Shown one piece after another: positions 19,332-29,432 of a stretch of DNA of 64,000 nucleotides. Position numbers and translations under genes: made by a program. The stretch is from Candidatus Kaiserbacteria bacterium (GTDB lineage Bacteria > Patescibacteriota > Minisyncoccia > Phycocordibacterales > UBA918). A model generated the notes under the pieces. It saw nothing but the letters and a program-made list of their open reading frames with translations. It was not told the DNA's origin and searched no databases. The stretch lies in the NCBI GenBank assembly GCA_016699245.1, contig CP064968.1, forward strand, positions 89,686-153,685. Direction: 5' to 3'. Each line of letters begins with the position of its first letter. Positions within the stretch are counted from its first letter, which is position 1.

Positions 19332-20913
19332 GTGGTTGGTCGCGTATAATGTCGAGCTTTGCATCTTTTTCATTTGCAACAAGAATATAACTTTGATAGT
19401 AGGCAAGCGCAACAGATTTTGAGTGACTCAAAGTATTGTCACAGGTGCTTATAGGGGAAATGATGGTGTCATTATCATTTTTTACATCCCATACATGAAA
19501 TGTTTGACTCGGGTCGGAGGTTATCAAAAACGCAACATCACTCTGCACGATAATATCAAGCACCTTAGTATTTGTTCCCAGACCAAGTTTTTTCCATTTT
19601 GTAGGTATGGGTATGTTTGAGTCACTGACATCAATTTTATATAAATCAGAATCACTGTTCGTGGTACGAGCACGCCCAAGATACACATATGAGCCAAGCG
19701 CATACACGCTTATACCATCAGCATTACCACTTGGATCGAATTTCATACCCGAGTCATCAGGAAGAACCATTGTCGCAGGTAAACGTATGTCAACTATCTG
19801 TAATTCTCCTGTGTTGTCTGAGGTGGCGAGATATGCGTGTGTCCCGCTCACCATAATATCGTTAATGTTGTGGTTGATGTTAAGGCTTTTAATATGTATA
19901 GGAGAAGTGCGAGCAGTTACGTCGTATACATGGAACTCATTATTCTGTGTCACAGCGCAACTTGAAGGACACGCAAGGTACTGCGTTCCCACATAGAGAC
20001 TATCGTCATAATAAAAAAGGCTTCGACCAACTGCAGTGTTTGTGTGGGGAATAGTGACGGCACCCACAAATGTTGGATATTCAGGATTTGATACATCGAG
20101 TATGTGAATCTGATTTGTTGTATCATTTTGAAGTGCATACGCCGTCTGATCAACCACAATAATTTTATTATACCCATATGGGGTAAAATCGACCTCAGCG
20201 ACAACTGTAGGATATTCTAAATTGGTGATGTCAATAACCATGAGGTCAGGCTCATTTGTGGTATCAGATTTCCCACTTATAAACACGTACGAAGTACCAT
20301 TAAGTATCGCAACATCCATATCGGTAGTGGTACCAGTAAAAGAACTTGGTGTAACGCTCCACCCAGTAACTTCTGGATTATCCCAATCGCCAGGAGGAAA
20401 TGGATCACAGGCGCCGCGGCCGTAGGACGCGGCAATATTGACATTACTGAGCGCAGTCCCGAATGAAATTTGGTGTTGACGCTCACGAAGTGACGTCCAG
20501 GTTGTTTTTCCCAGCACTTCCTTTACGCAGGGAGAAATATCGGTAACCTCGGGTGAAGCGTATGTGTAGATATCCACGGAGTCCGATGTATCAGTAGTGG
20601 GGATGAGTGCGCTCCAGTTTTCGGTGATGCTTCCCATGAGCGCGCCAAATTTATTGGAACTACTTGCAAGACCCTGACTGTCGAGGAGTGCATCAAGCGC
20701 TGCAGCTTGGCCACTTTCAAGTGATATTTGGCGGGCGAGTGTGGGGTCACTAAAGACAACCATTATTGCTGCAGAGAGAAAAATTATGCCGACACTAAAT
20801 GCAATAAGTATTTCGATAGTGGAAAATCCGGAAGTGAAGGTGTGTGGGGACGAGGTACGGCCTCGTCCCCACACACCTTTCTCAAATAACTTTGCGATGT
20901 GGAAAAATATCAT
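19315..20913 (-). CDS. large pilin-like protein: prepilin N-terminus fused to LVIVD-repeat beta-propeller
   Basis: N-terminal TSG|FSTIEILIAFSVGIIF, followed by repeated x-[LIV]-x-[IV]-x-D-[IV]-[ST]-N/D-P motifs (LMVIDITNLEYP, IHILDVSNPEYP, FHVYDVTARTSP, LQIVDIRLP, LYKIDVSDSNIP, FHVWDVKND) typical of LVIVD repeats. Confidence 0.6.
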   Translation of the reverse strand: MIFFHIAKLFEKGVWGRGRTSSPHTFTSGFSTIEILIAFSVGIIFLSAAIMVVFSDPTLARQISLESGQAAALDALLDSQGLASSSNKFGALMGSITENWSALIPTTDTSDSVDIYTYASPEVTDISPCVKEVLGKTTWTSLRERQHQISFGTALSNVNIAASYGRGACDPFPPGDWDNPEVTGWSVTPSSFTGTTTDMDVAILNGTSYVFISGKSDTTNEPDLMVIDITNLEYPTVVAEVDFTPYGYNKIIVVDQTAYALQNDTTNQIHILDVSNPEYPTFVGAVTIPHTNTAVGRSLFYYDDSLYVGTQYLACPSSCAVTQNNEFHVYDVTARTSPIHIKSLNINHNINDIMVSGTHAYLATSDNTGELQIVDIRLPATMVLPDDSGMKFDPSGNADGISVYALGSYVYLGRARTTNSDSDLYKIDVSDSNIPIPTKWKKLGLGTNTKVLDIIVQSDVAFLITSDPSQTFHVWDVKNDNDTIISPISTCDNTLSHSKSVALAYYQSYILVANEKDAKLDIIRDQPHVCTP

Positions 20914-20919
20914 AGTGTC

Positions 20920-21381
20920 TTACCAATCAATTTGACCCACATCGTTAATGGTGATTTGTTGCTCCTTACCATTGCCTGAAATGGTAAGTATTCCTGCGCC
21001 TTCAGATACACTTCCGGAAAGCCGTTCAAAGATAATATTTTCATGAGCAGCGCTGTGTGTGATGGTGATGTGTTCGCTCGTGAAAGGAGTAATACGATTA
21101 CTCGCTGTCCCTTCGATAAAGATCTCTCCTTCAAAAAGTACATACCGATGATTTGTGGTATCGACATGAACGCCGTAAGATACATTACCTGCATTTGCGA
21201 GAGCCTTCGCCCGCGCGCCAGAGAGAAGAAGAGATACAAAAAGATCGCGTTCCTGGAGAACACTCGCGCGTGCAATAGAGTCCATGTTCATGACTATGCC
21301 AAAGGAAAGGATGATACCGGTGAGCCCTACAACCATGAGGAGTTCGATGTATGTAAATCCTCTTTGCAGAATTTCTCTCAT
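20920..21381 (-). CDS. pseudopilin (GspH/FimT-like minor pilin)
   Basis: QRG|FTYIELLMVVGLTGIILSF prepilin motif; start at Met-23 of ORF 20920..21447. Confidence 0.6.
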   Translation of the reverse strand: MREILQRGFTYIELLMVVGLTGIILSFGIVMNMDSIARASVLQERDLFVSLLLSGARAKALANAGNVSYGVHVDTTNHRYVLFEGEIFIEGTASNRITPFTSEHITITHSAAHENIIFERLSGSVSEGAGILTISGNGKEQQITINDVGQIDW

Positions 21382-21391
21382 ACTATTCGTG

Positions 21392-22552
21392 TTAATTACT
21401 GAGGTGCTTTGTGACTTCGTAGATAGGAGTAATGACTGACACCGCAATGAGCCCTACCAAAATACCCATAGTCATAAGAAGTATAGGCTCAATTGAATTA
21501 GAAAGACTTTTTGTACTTTCATCTACTTCAGTCTCATAGAGACTCGACAGATAACTAAGCGTAACAGAAAGACTCCCTGTCGTTTCGCCAATAAGAAGCA
21601 TGTGGGGAAGCATATCAGGGAAGATGGAGAGATAGTGCATCATCCTGGTAGAAATTTTTTCACCTTTTTCAATATGCTCTGCAATATCGAGATATGCATT
21701 TTTGTATATGGTGTTTTTGGTAACACGGGCAGTGATGCGCATTGCTTCCACGACACCCACACCAGCAGAAATGTTGAGCCCTACTGTACGGCAGAAATTG
21801 GCGCAGTTGTACGCGCGAGCTATGTTGCCGATGATGGGAAGTCGTAAAAGAATCCAGTCAGAGATAGTGCGAAGCCGGGGGAACACGTTCCGTGAAATAA
21901 TGAAGACGAGTACGGCACCAATCAAGCCAAAAAAAGTTACTAGCCCCCATGTTTCTAGATATACGCTTATCGCAAGGAGGATACGTGTGGTAAGAGGGAG
22001 GGCGATATTGAGAGATATAAAGATAGGCATAATCTTCGGGAAAATGAACATCACCAACAGACTCGTTACGCCGAGTGTTGCAATGGTGATGAAAACTGGG
22101 TAAACGAGTGCGCTCTGCACCTTACGCTTTAATGCTTGTTTTTTAGCGAGTTCATCAGCGAGGTATATAAGGTTTTCTGAGAGAATGCCATTGTTTTCGC
22201 CAATGCGAATTATGTTAATGGTGAATTCACCAAATAGATGTTCATACCTTGCAAGACTTGTGGAAAGAAATTGTCCCGCAGAAACGTCCTGAATGATTGT
22301 ATAAAAAATAATTCGCTTTCGTTTTGATTTGGTTTGCGCATGAATCATGGTCATACTTTCGAGTATGGAGACACCTGCTTTCACCAAGAATGAAAGTCGC
22401 TTTGCAAAGAGGACTTGTTCTTGAATTGAAAAATGAAGAAAAAGAGTTGAAGCAGTAGGGAAGGAGGTTGTGTGTGAAGTGATTGTATTATTCACTTGGT
22501 CACGAGATGGTCCACGAAATCGTGCAACAAGATTTTGCAGTTTTGAGTGCAT
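21392..22552 (-). CDS. pilC: type IV pilus assembly platform protein PilC (GspF family)
   Basis: 386 aa with two GspF repeats and 3 TM segments. Confidence 0.8.
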   Translation of the reverse strand: MHSKLQNLVARFRGPSRDQVNNTITSHTTSFPTASTLFLHFSIQEQVLFAKRLSFLVKAGVSILESMTMIHAQTKSKRKRIIFYTIIQDVSAGQFLSTSLARYEHLFGEFTINIIRIGENNGILSENLIYLADELAKKQALKRKVQSALVYPVFITIATLGVTSLLVMFIFPKIMPIFISLNIALPLTTRILLAISVYLETWGLVTFFGLIGAVLVFIISRNVFPRLRTISDWILLRLPIIGNIARAYNCANFCRTVGLNISAGVGVVEAMRITARVTKNTIYKNAYLDIAEHIEKGEKISTRMMHYLSIFPDMLPHMLLIGETTGSLSVTLSYLSSLYETEVDESTKSLSNSIEPILLMTMGILVGLIAVSVITPIYEVTKHLSN

Positions 22553-22648
22553 AGTGTGATGTAAATGATGTGCCTGTCATGGGGTCAGTGTCAAGAGACA
22601 GAGGTGTCTTAAAAAAAGTAACAAGGCGACGTCTTGATACTTTGATAC

Positions 22649-22692
22649 GAAAATCCCCACGGCGTGCGGAGCACGCCGTGGGGATTTTCTTG
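22649..22692. terminator. hairpin terminator downstream of the SGNH hydrolase gene
   Basis: aaatccccacggcgtgc-ggag-cacgccgtggggatttt (17-bp stem) with flanking T-run on the minus strand. Confidence 0.45.
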
Positions 22693-22702
22693 ATTTCCAA
22701 TA

Positions 22703-24487
22703 TTATCTGTTCAAGAGGGCTCGCAGGTATGGCTCTACGCGGTCGGCGATGAGGTCGTGGCCGTTGTCGCGGGGGTGGACGAGGTCGGTTGTTCGGAATG
22801 GATTTCCGAGGATAGCTTCCATCACATTGGGGGTGTACGCTGCACCATTGTCCCAAGCGAGATTTCGGTACTGTGAGTCATAGTTAATCAAGAAGTAGTT
22901 TTTGTATCCGAGAATAAGCACTGCGGAGCCATCATCCGTGATACGCTCCACAATCGTGTCGAGATTTGAAAAGATTGTTGCGGTATTCACTTTTTGCAAG
23001 AAGTCGTTTCCTCCGAGGAATACAATAACGAGTGAAGGATTCTTTGAAAGCACATCAGCATCGAGACGGGCGAGTGCTTCAGTGGTGGTATCTCCATTTA
23101 CTCCCGCATTAATGATAGGCACGCTCAGTCTTTCACTGAGGAGAGAAACATAGTCATTGCCAATCGTCGCATCGCGTCCAAAGGTGATACTGTCACCGAG
23201 TGCAATGACTGGTCCATTTCGAAGTGGATAGTTTTCAATTCGTTCGAGGTTTACATACACCACACTAATCTCCGCACTTTTTACAATTACTGGATATCCC
23301 GTAGTAGAGATTCTGTACCCAAAGTAGTATGTGCCTGCCTTTGGTATTCTTATTGTTTTAGTTCCTGAGGGTGAGGAGCCTACCGTCACAGAGGAAACCT
23401 GTCTATCGGTCTCAGCATCATAGAGAATAATGTCGTCACCAGATTGGTGAGCATACGCCGGTGCAGCGTAGGTTATCGTAATCGGCTGGTCAATTTCTGC
23501 TGTAGTTATATTTGTCGAGAGGGTATAGAGAGATGCATCGGGAAGTTGTACGATGACTGGTCCTGCTGTTTTTACCACGGGCCTCCCTGTGATATTTATG
23601 CGGTATCCTATAGTGTAGTTACCGGGTGTGCGGAGGATGAATGTCTTCGTCCCAGTGTTCGTTTTGCCTATTGATTGAGAAGAAACCACACGGTTTGTAA
23701 CGGTATCAAACACGATGATACTGTCAGAAGACTGATAGGTAGTTGCTGGACTCCTGTAGGTTACGATAAGTGGCTCACCCATGCGTAGGGTTGTTGCATT
23801 GGTGGTAAGTGTATATTGTGATGCATCGGGGAGGCTCACGGTCACTGGCCCCACGGTTTTGATGATGGGTCTGCCGGTAATTCCCAGACGGTATCCTACG
23901 GTGTATATGCCGGGATTACGTACTACAAGGGTCTTTGTGCCAGAAGAGATTTTTCCGAGTGACCCAGAAGTCACCACTCTGTTTGTTGCCGTATCAATAA
24001 GCACAATACTGTCCGAAGATTGGTGCGCGCCCGTAGGTGCTGCGTAGGTTATTACGAGGGATTCACCACTCTGGAGCGATGTCTTATTGACCGAGAGTGT
24101 GTAGAGGGATGCACTCGGGACGTTGACCGTAACGCTTTCTGAAGTAGCAAGTATGGGGTATTTTGAAATACTTGCACGATACTTAAAAACATAGGTACCC
24201 GGCTTAAAGGTGGAAAATGTTTTGGTTCCACTTTGCGCATCACCGACACGCTGTGTTGCCACGATGTAGTTAGTATCCGCGTTCACCATGAGAATACTGT
24301 CGCTCGATCTATATGAGGTTGGAGCAACACTGTATGAGACAGTAATAGACTGACCAATAGACACCGAGGTAGGGGAGGCGGTAAGGGTTACATCTGCTGC
24401 ATGTGCGGACAGGCTAAACCCAAATAAAATGACTAAAAATATAGCGATACTAAAAGCGCATTTTGGGAGCGCATAAAGAAAATTCAT
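22703..24487 (-). CDS. secreted SGNH/GDSL hydrolase with four N-terminal ~100-aa tandem Ig-like repeats
   Basis: Signal peptide; four tandem repeats (each ...Y/A-x-PT/ATxYxSSDSIxLxDTxTNRVVxSxSxGKxxxGTKT...); C-terminal VIALGDSITFG (GDS block I), GVNGDTT (block II), FLGGNDF (block III) and DLVHPRDNGH (block V DxxH). Confidence 0.7.
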   Translation of the reverse strand: MNFLYALPKCAFSIAIFLVILFGFSLSAHAADVTLTASPTSVSIGQSITVSYSVAPTSYRSSDSILMVNADTNYIVATQRVGDAQSGTKTFSTFKPGTYVFKYRASISKYPILATSESVTVNVPSASLYTLSVNKTSLQSGESLVITYAAPTGAHQSSDSIVLIDTATNRVVTSGSLGKISSGTKTLVVRNPGIYTVGYRLGITGRPIIKTVGPVTVSLPDASQYTLTTNATTLRMGEPLIVTYRSPATTYQSSDSIIVFDTVTNRVVSSQSIGKTNTGTKTFILRTPGNYTIGYRINITGRPVVKTAGPVIVQLPDASLYTLSTNITTAEIDQPITITYAAPAYAHQSGDDIILYDAETDRQVSSVTVGSSPSGTKTIRIPKAGTYYFGYRISTTGYPVIVKSAEISVVYVNLERIENYPLRNGPVIALGDSITFGRDATIGNDYVSLLSERLSVPIINAGVNGDTTTEALARLDADVLSKNPSLVIVFLGGNDFLQKVNTATIFSNLDTIVERITDDGSAVLILGYKNYFLINYDSQYRNLAWDNGAAYTPNVMEAILGNPFRTTDLVHPRDNGHDLIADRVEPYLRALLNR

Positions 24488-24544
24488 ATGAGTATATTGT
24501 ACATCTTTTTTGACAAAATGTCAATAATATGAAGTTTTCATAAG

Positions 24545-25900
24545 TTACTCACTTATGGTACGAAGAATTTCCGCGAGGGTGGTTTTGCCTGCGACTGCTT
24601 TACGTAATCCATCTTCAAACATGGTAGTCATGCCTTCCTCAATCGCAATATTTTTAAGCACGACAGAAGATTTGCGTTCAAGAATTGCTTCGCGCACACG
24701 AGGGGAAGTAACAAGTACTTCGTATATTCCGATACGCCCCGAAAATCCAGTACGATCACACGCTTCACAGCCTTTACCTTTATAAAAAGTATTCGGAATG
24801 TTTTTAAGATTTTGTTTGAGGCGGTCGGGGAGTATGCGAAGGAGATTATGGCGCTCTGCCTCAGTGAGTGCGTGTGCTTCGGTACAATGTGGACATATTT
24901 TGCGAACAAGACGCTGACCGATGGCGATATTGATTGTTGATGCCACAAGGTATGCGTCGATTCCCATATCAAGAAGACGGGGAAGTGTGGTGGCTGCGTC
25001 ATTCGTATGAAGTGTGGAGAGAAGAAGGTGACCGGTGAGTGCAGTGTTGATTGCAATGCCTGCCGTCTCTGTATCACGTATTTCACCCACCATAATGATG
25101 TTGGGGTCCTGGCGCAAAATTGAGCGAAGTCCTTGTGCAAACGTGAGATTGGTACGAGTATTAATTTGAATTTGTGTGATACCCGGAATTGCGTACTCGA
25201 TGGGGTCTTCAATAGTGATAATCGATACCTCTTTTTTATTGAGCATTTTAATAAGCGTATAGAGGGATGTAGTTTTTCCGGAGCCTGTGGGGCCTGTGGC
25301 GAGAATCATTCCGTGGGGTTGCGCTATGGCGCGTTCAATTTTTTCTTGATCTTGAGGACTAAAGCCAAGCATCTCAAGTGTAAAATTGGATGAGTGATCG
25401 GCAAGGAGACGCAAGACGGCATTTTCCCCATAGTAGGTGGGAGTGATAGAAACACGAATATCGATAGGCTTGGTGTCGTTGGTGCCGGTTTGCATACGAA
25501 AGCGCCCGTCTTGCGCTGCCTGGTGCTCATCAGTGCGGAGCCCAGAAAGCACTTTGATGCGTGAAATGACTTCAGAGAGAATATTTTTTGGGAACGTACA
25601 CTTATCTTGTAATACACCATCAATGCGTAAACGCACGACCGCATCTTGTTCGGTGGGGTCAATGTGTATATCGGATGCACGAAGTGCGTATGCTTCTTCA
25701 ATACACGTTTGTACAAACTCAATAATAGGAATTGGTCCTGGGCGTGAAAGTATTTCCCGCACACTACCAGTTGTCGTTGGTGTTTGGCCCTGGTCTTTTA
25801 TGTCGATACTTTTCTCACCTTGAGACTGGTTCATGGTTTTGTGATTATGTGCTTCAGTGTGGGCCTTGTCTAGAGAGTCGGCTGGACAAGTGTTGGACAC
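24545..25900 (-). CDS. pilB: type IV pilus assembly ATPase PilB (GspE family)
   Basis: GPTGSGKTT Walker A, GEIRD Walker B/Asp box, His box, and tetracysteine motif CPHC...CEAC. Confidence 0.85.
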   Translation of the reverse strand: MSNTCPADSLDKAHTEAHNHKTMNQSQGEKSIDIKDQGQTPTTTGSVREILSRPGPIPIIEFVQTCIEEAYALRASDIHIDPTEQDAVVRLRIDGVLQDKCTFPKNILSEVISRIKVLSGLRTDEHQAAQDGRFRMQTGTNDTKPIDIRVSITPTYYGENAVLRLLADHSSNFTLEMLGFSPQDQEKIERAIAQPHGMILATGPTGSGKTTSLYTLIKMLNKKEVSIITIEDPIEYAIPGITQIQINTRTNLTFAQGLRSILRQDPNIIMVGEIRDTETAGIAINTALTGHLLLSTLHTNDAATTLPRLLDMGIDAYLVASTINIAIGQRLVRKICPHCTEAHALTEAERHNLLRILPDRLKQNLKNIPNTFYKGKGCEACDRTGFSGRIGIYEVLVTSPRVREAILERKSSVVLKNIAIEEGMTTMFEDGLRKAVAGKTTLAEILRTISE

Positions 25901-25967
25901 ATATAATATCCGTGGCAGAATATGGTGCAGTTTTTTGAGTATATTTCATATTCCTGAGGAGGAAAAG

Positions 25968-26345
25968 ATGGGAGATTCTGAGAGAAGTACTGTGTCATCC
26001 AGTCAAGAAGTTCTGGTAGCGCTGGCGCAGAAGGCTTGTGCGCTTGTTGATGCAGACATTAAGAAGCCTGAAGACGTCAAGATATGCTTTGGTGCAAGTT
26101 TTGAATTCGGGGTTATTACTTGCATCTGGAGCAAATTGTATCGCGATGGTAGTCAAACTGATGTGTTCTCGTATTTCTACCACCCGGAGTGCTGCTCAGG
26201 CCTCAAAAACGAAGGGGGTATACCTAGGTTGTGTGTGCAGACAGTGATGAGTTCATCTCCTCCGTATGTCACTACACCAAACGAATGGTACGAGATTCAA
26301 GGAATCTCTACCGAAAACCCAGTAGCAAAACGCATCGAAGTATGA
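25968..26345 (+). CDS. hypothetical protein
   Basis: GAGGAGG RBS 7 nt upstream of ATG at 25968; 125 aa, Cys-containing; no family recognised. Confidence 0.3.
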   Translation: MGDSERSTVSSSQEVLVALAQKACALVDADIKKPEDVKICFGASFEFGVITCIWSKLYRDGSQTDVFSYFYHPECCSGLKNEGGIPRLCVQTVMSSSPPYVTTPNEWYEIQGISTENPVAKRIEV

Positions 26346-26350
26346 TGTGC

Positions 26351-26392
26351 AAAGCCGCCAGAAAGCCCCTAGGGTTTTCGGCGGCTTTTTTA
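26351..26392 (+). terminator. rho-independent terminator
   Basis: aagccgcc...ggcggctt stem followed by TTTTTT. Confidence 0.5.
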
Positions 26393-26561
26393 ATTGAACT
26401 GGTTTTATTTAATAAAAATTATTTCAAATTATTTTTATAGTATCATTCTCTGAAAACTAATAAGATATCCATATTTTTATTGCTTTTTTCATAAATACCT
26501 GTATAACAGGCGTAGTAATTCCCCTCGTTCTTCAACAATTTAACACACCAGGAGGTGTATC

Positions 26562-28136
26562 GTGGCTGAAAGAAGAAATGGCACTCGCTTAAAGACTGCT
26601 ACCGGTCGTAAATCAATAAGACAAGAACCACCTCGTGAACTTCCCATCGTGCGCGCAATTCGCAAATTTGCCAATCGTGCGTGCGACGTATCAAGTATTG
26701 GTGAAGGCATGAGAAAGATTTTTGTGCTCGATACCAATGTGCTCATGCATGACCCCACGTGTATCTTCCGCTTTGAAGAACACGACGTCTTCATTCCGTT
26801 GATGACGCTTGATGAACTCGATAACCACAAGAAGGGAAAAGAGGAAATAAACCGAAATGTGCGTCAAGTTTTACGCGCAATCAAGGAACTTGCGGATGTA
26901 AAGGGATGCAAAATTACTGAAGGCATCGATCTTACTGGTCCATCAGAAGGACTTGCGACGGGCCGTCTCTTTTTGCAGAGCAAAAATATGGAAGGCGCAC
27001 TTCCTACATCCCTTCCAATGACCAAGGTTGATCATCAAATTCTCTCGGTGATCACCCACATGCAAGACAGTGAAGTGTATAAGGGTTGCATGATTATCTT
27101 GGTCACCAAAGATATCAATATGTATATCAAGGCGAAAGCGCTTGGCTACATGGTTGAAGACTATCTGAATGACAAGGTAATTGAAGATTCAGATTTGCTC
27201 TACTCGGGCGCTCTGGAACTTCCTGATGATTTTTGGTCAAATCATTCAGACGGTATGGTGGCCAAGAAAGATAGGCAGAGTGGGATATCAACATATCGTG
27301 TTACCGGTCCACTCTGTTCTACTTTTTACGTCAATCAGTTGCTTTGGTCGGAGTCACTCGATCTCGAATGTATCGTTCGTGAAGTGTCAGGGGATCATGC
27401 AGTGCTCCAGACGCTCGTGAATTACCGGAATCAAAAACACTCTGTCTTCGGTATTCACCCGAGAAATCGTGAGCAGAACTTCGCGTGTAATTTGCTCCTT
27501 GATCCGGACATTGATTTTGTATCTTTGCTTGGGCAGGCAGGTACCGGTAAAACCCTTCTCGCTATCGCCGCCGGTCTTCACCAGACGATTGATGGAAATA
27601 GGTTTGGTGACATCATCATGACCCGAGTCACCGTTTCAGTTGGCGAGGACATCGGCTTTCTTCCGGGTACCGAGGAAGAAAAGATGGGGGCATGGATGGG
27701 TGCACTCGAAGATAATCTTGAAGTGCTCGTATCAGTGGATGGGAATCATTCCAAGGATGACGGTGCATACGGTATCAATCATATTCCTTCGGACATAGCA
27801 CGAAAGGAGACACATCAACTGATAAGGAATCGTATCAAAGTGAAGTCACTCAACTTCATGCGTGGCCGTACATTTTTCAGGAGATACCTTATCATCGACG
27901 AGGCTCAAAATCTTACACCGAAGCAGATGAAAACTCTCATCACGCGAGCCGGTCCCGGCACCAAGGTGATTTGTCTTGGCAACATAGGGCAGATTGATTC
28001 ACCCTACCTTACGGAAGGGTCGTCGGGTCTTACCTATGTCGTTGATCGGTTCAAAGGTCAAAAACATGTGGGACACATCATCTTGCAGCGTGGTGAGCGT
28101 TCACGCCTTGCCGATTTGGCCAATGAATCACTCTGA
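26562..28136 (+). CDS. PhoH2-type protein (N-terminal PIN domain + PhoH ATPase, YlaK-like)
   Basis: GTG start 7 nt after AGGAGG; FVLDTNVLMHDP PIN motif; GQAGTGKT Walker A; IIDEAQN Walker B. Confidence 0.75.
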   Translation: MAERRNGTRLKTATGRKSIRQEPPRELPIVRAIRKFANRACDVSSIGEGMRKIFVLDTNVLMHDPTCIFRFEEHDVFIPLMTLDELDNHKKGKEEINRNVRQVLRAIKELADVKGCKITEGIDLTGPSEGLATGRLFLQSKNMEGALPTSLPMTKVDHQILSVITHMQDSEVYKGCMIILVTKDINMYIKAKALGYMVEDYLNDKVIEDSDLLYSGALELPDDFWSNHSDGMVAKKDRQSGISTYRVTGPLCSTFYVNQLLWSESLDLECIVREVSGDHAVLQTLVNYRNQKHSVFGIHPRNREQNFACNLLLDPDIDFVSLLGQAGTGKTLLAIAAGLHQTIDGNRFGDIIMTRVTVSVGEDIGFLPGTEEEKMGAWMGALEDNLEVLVSVDGNHSKDDGAYGINHIPSDIARKETHQLIRNRIKVKSLNFMRGRTFFRRYLIIDEAQNLTPKQMKTLITRAGPGTKVICLGNIGQIDSPYLTEGSSGLTYVVDRFKGQKHVGHIILQRGERSRLADLANESL

Positions 28137-28155
28137 AACCTGTTCTTAACCCCGT

Positions 28156-28186
28156 AACCCCGCGCGAAGCGCGGGGTTCTTTTTAT
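28156..28186 (+). terminator. rho-independent terminator after PhoH2
   Basis: ccccgcgc-gaa-gcgcgggg stem followed by ttctttttat. Confidence 0.5.
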
Positions 28187-28305
28187 CTCACTTTTGTGTA
28201 CATGTGTTCACAATGTGCGTCATGCTGTGAAGACAAGGAAATAGTCATCATATAAAGATCCCCGACAGCACAATTGCGCTGTCGGGGATTCATGGTGCGG
28301 AGACT

Positions 28306-28776
28306 TTATATCGTCACGGGTTGTCGCAGGGTATCAAACTGTTTCACAGGGTCAATAATAATCTTGCACATATACCTGAATTGAGTAGTAAATGTCCTCT
28401 GCATGAAGTTTTCATAAGCAATTAAGATGTCCTTAAACAGCTCAGTATACATTTCTGCTTCTGCATTCTGTCGATCAAAGTCTGTGCGACTGATATGACT
28501 ACTTCGATATGCGTCGATTAAGTTTTCTTGAATAGACTCATAGGTTTTCATCATGAAGTGTAGCTCTTTCGTTACGGCATCTAGTTCGTCTCCAGACCAT
28601 TGATTTTCGACCTGTTCAAGTACCTTGAGTAATTCAAGCGCTATTTTTCTTGAGGAGTGAAAAAGTTCGTGAAACAAGGGGTCTTTTGTATCAAGACGGG
28701 AAAGTGTGGTAAGTTGCAATATAAGCAGATTGCAAAAATGCTCAACCACTGTTGTGAAATAGATTATGGGGTGCAT
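28306..28776 (-). CDS. hypothetical protein
   Basis: 156-aa ORF, predicted helical; followed by a 10-bp perfect hairpin (28262-28293). Confidence 0.3.
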   Translation of the reverse strand: MHPIIYFTTVVEHFCNLLILQLTTLSRLDTKDPLFHELFHSSRKIALELLKVLEQVENQWSGDELDAVTKELHFMMKTYESIQENLIDAYRSSHISRTDFDRQNAEAEMYTELFKDILIAYENFMQRTFTTQFRYMCKIIIDPVKQFDTLRQPVTI

Positions 28777-28905
28777 GGCGCCTTCTCCTTAAAAATGAAC
28801 AAAGTTTGAAAATTCAATAACCCTTATATCACAACTTAGGAAAGTGAGCGAGCCGTGTACGAAAAACCCCCCGAAAATGCAGGGGGATTTTTGCACCGTT
28901 GGTGC

Positions 28906-29211
28906 CTATGCAATGGAGGCGTGACCTTTTGCAATGAGATCGTCCAAAGTCGATTTTTCGACACCGGCGTCGGTGTTATCAATGAGAAGTACTGTAAGTT
29001 CTTCTCCCCTGGATCGAAGTTTCGTCCACGTCGCTGGATAGTATCCCGCTTGGTATTCTTTCTTCGAACGTTTATTGGAGCTAAATACAGTTAATTCGAT
29101 TAGCTTATCGATTGGTTTAATAAGCTCGAGCCAGACTCTTTCCCCTAATTTAGGGGTAATAATTGGGGGGTTATTATGCGTAGACGACATTTGCTTCTCC
29201 TTCAAGTACAA
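28906..29211 (-). CDS. hypothetical protein
   Basis: 101-aa ORF; no family recognised. Confidence 0.25.
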   Translation of the reverse strand: MYLKEKQMSSTHNNPPIITPKLGERVWLELIKPIDKLIELTVFSSNKRSKKEYQAGYYPATWTKLRSRGEELTVLLIDNTDAGVEKSTLDDLIAKGHASIA

Positions 29212-29432
29212 GTGGTAGTAGGTGCTTCCTCGTGATTCCTCAGGGAGTATATTAGAAACACTCTGCTTTTGTCAACGTCTTGTATTTTGTGTGCCGAGAG
29301 GTTGCGAAGTAATGTGATGATACTCATTCATCCAGAATGCTACGGTGAAATATACAGTATCTTGTCGAGTATGAATTCAATTCGTGTATAGAATCATTTT
29401 TTATTCATTTGATTTGATACAATAGGATTGTA

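Noticed and set aside
22500-22856. 118-aa Arg/Pro-rich ORF spanning the pilC start, the terminator hairpin and the SGNH gene end
   Set aside because: It overlaps two well-supported genes and an intergenic terminator, and its composition is low-complexity.
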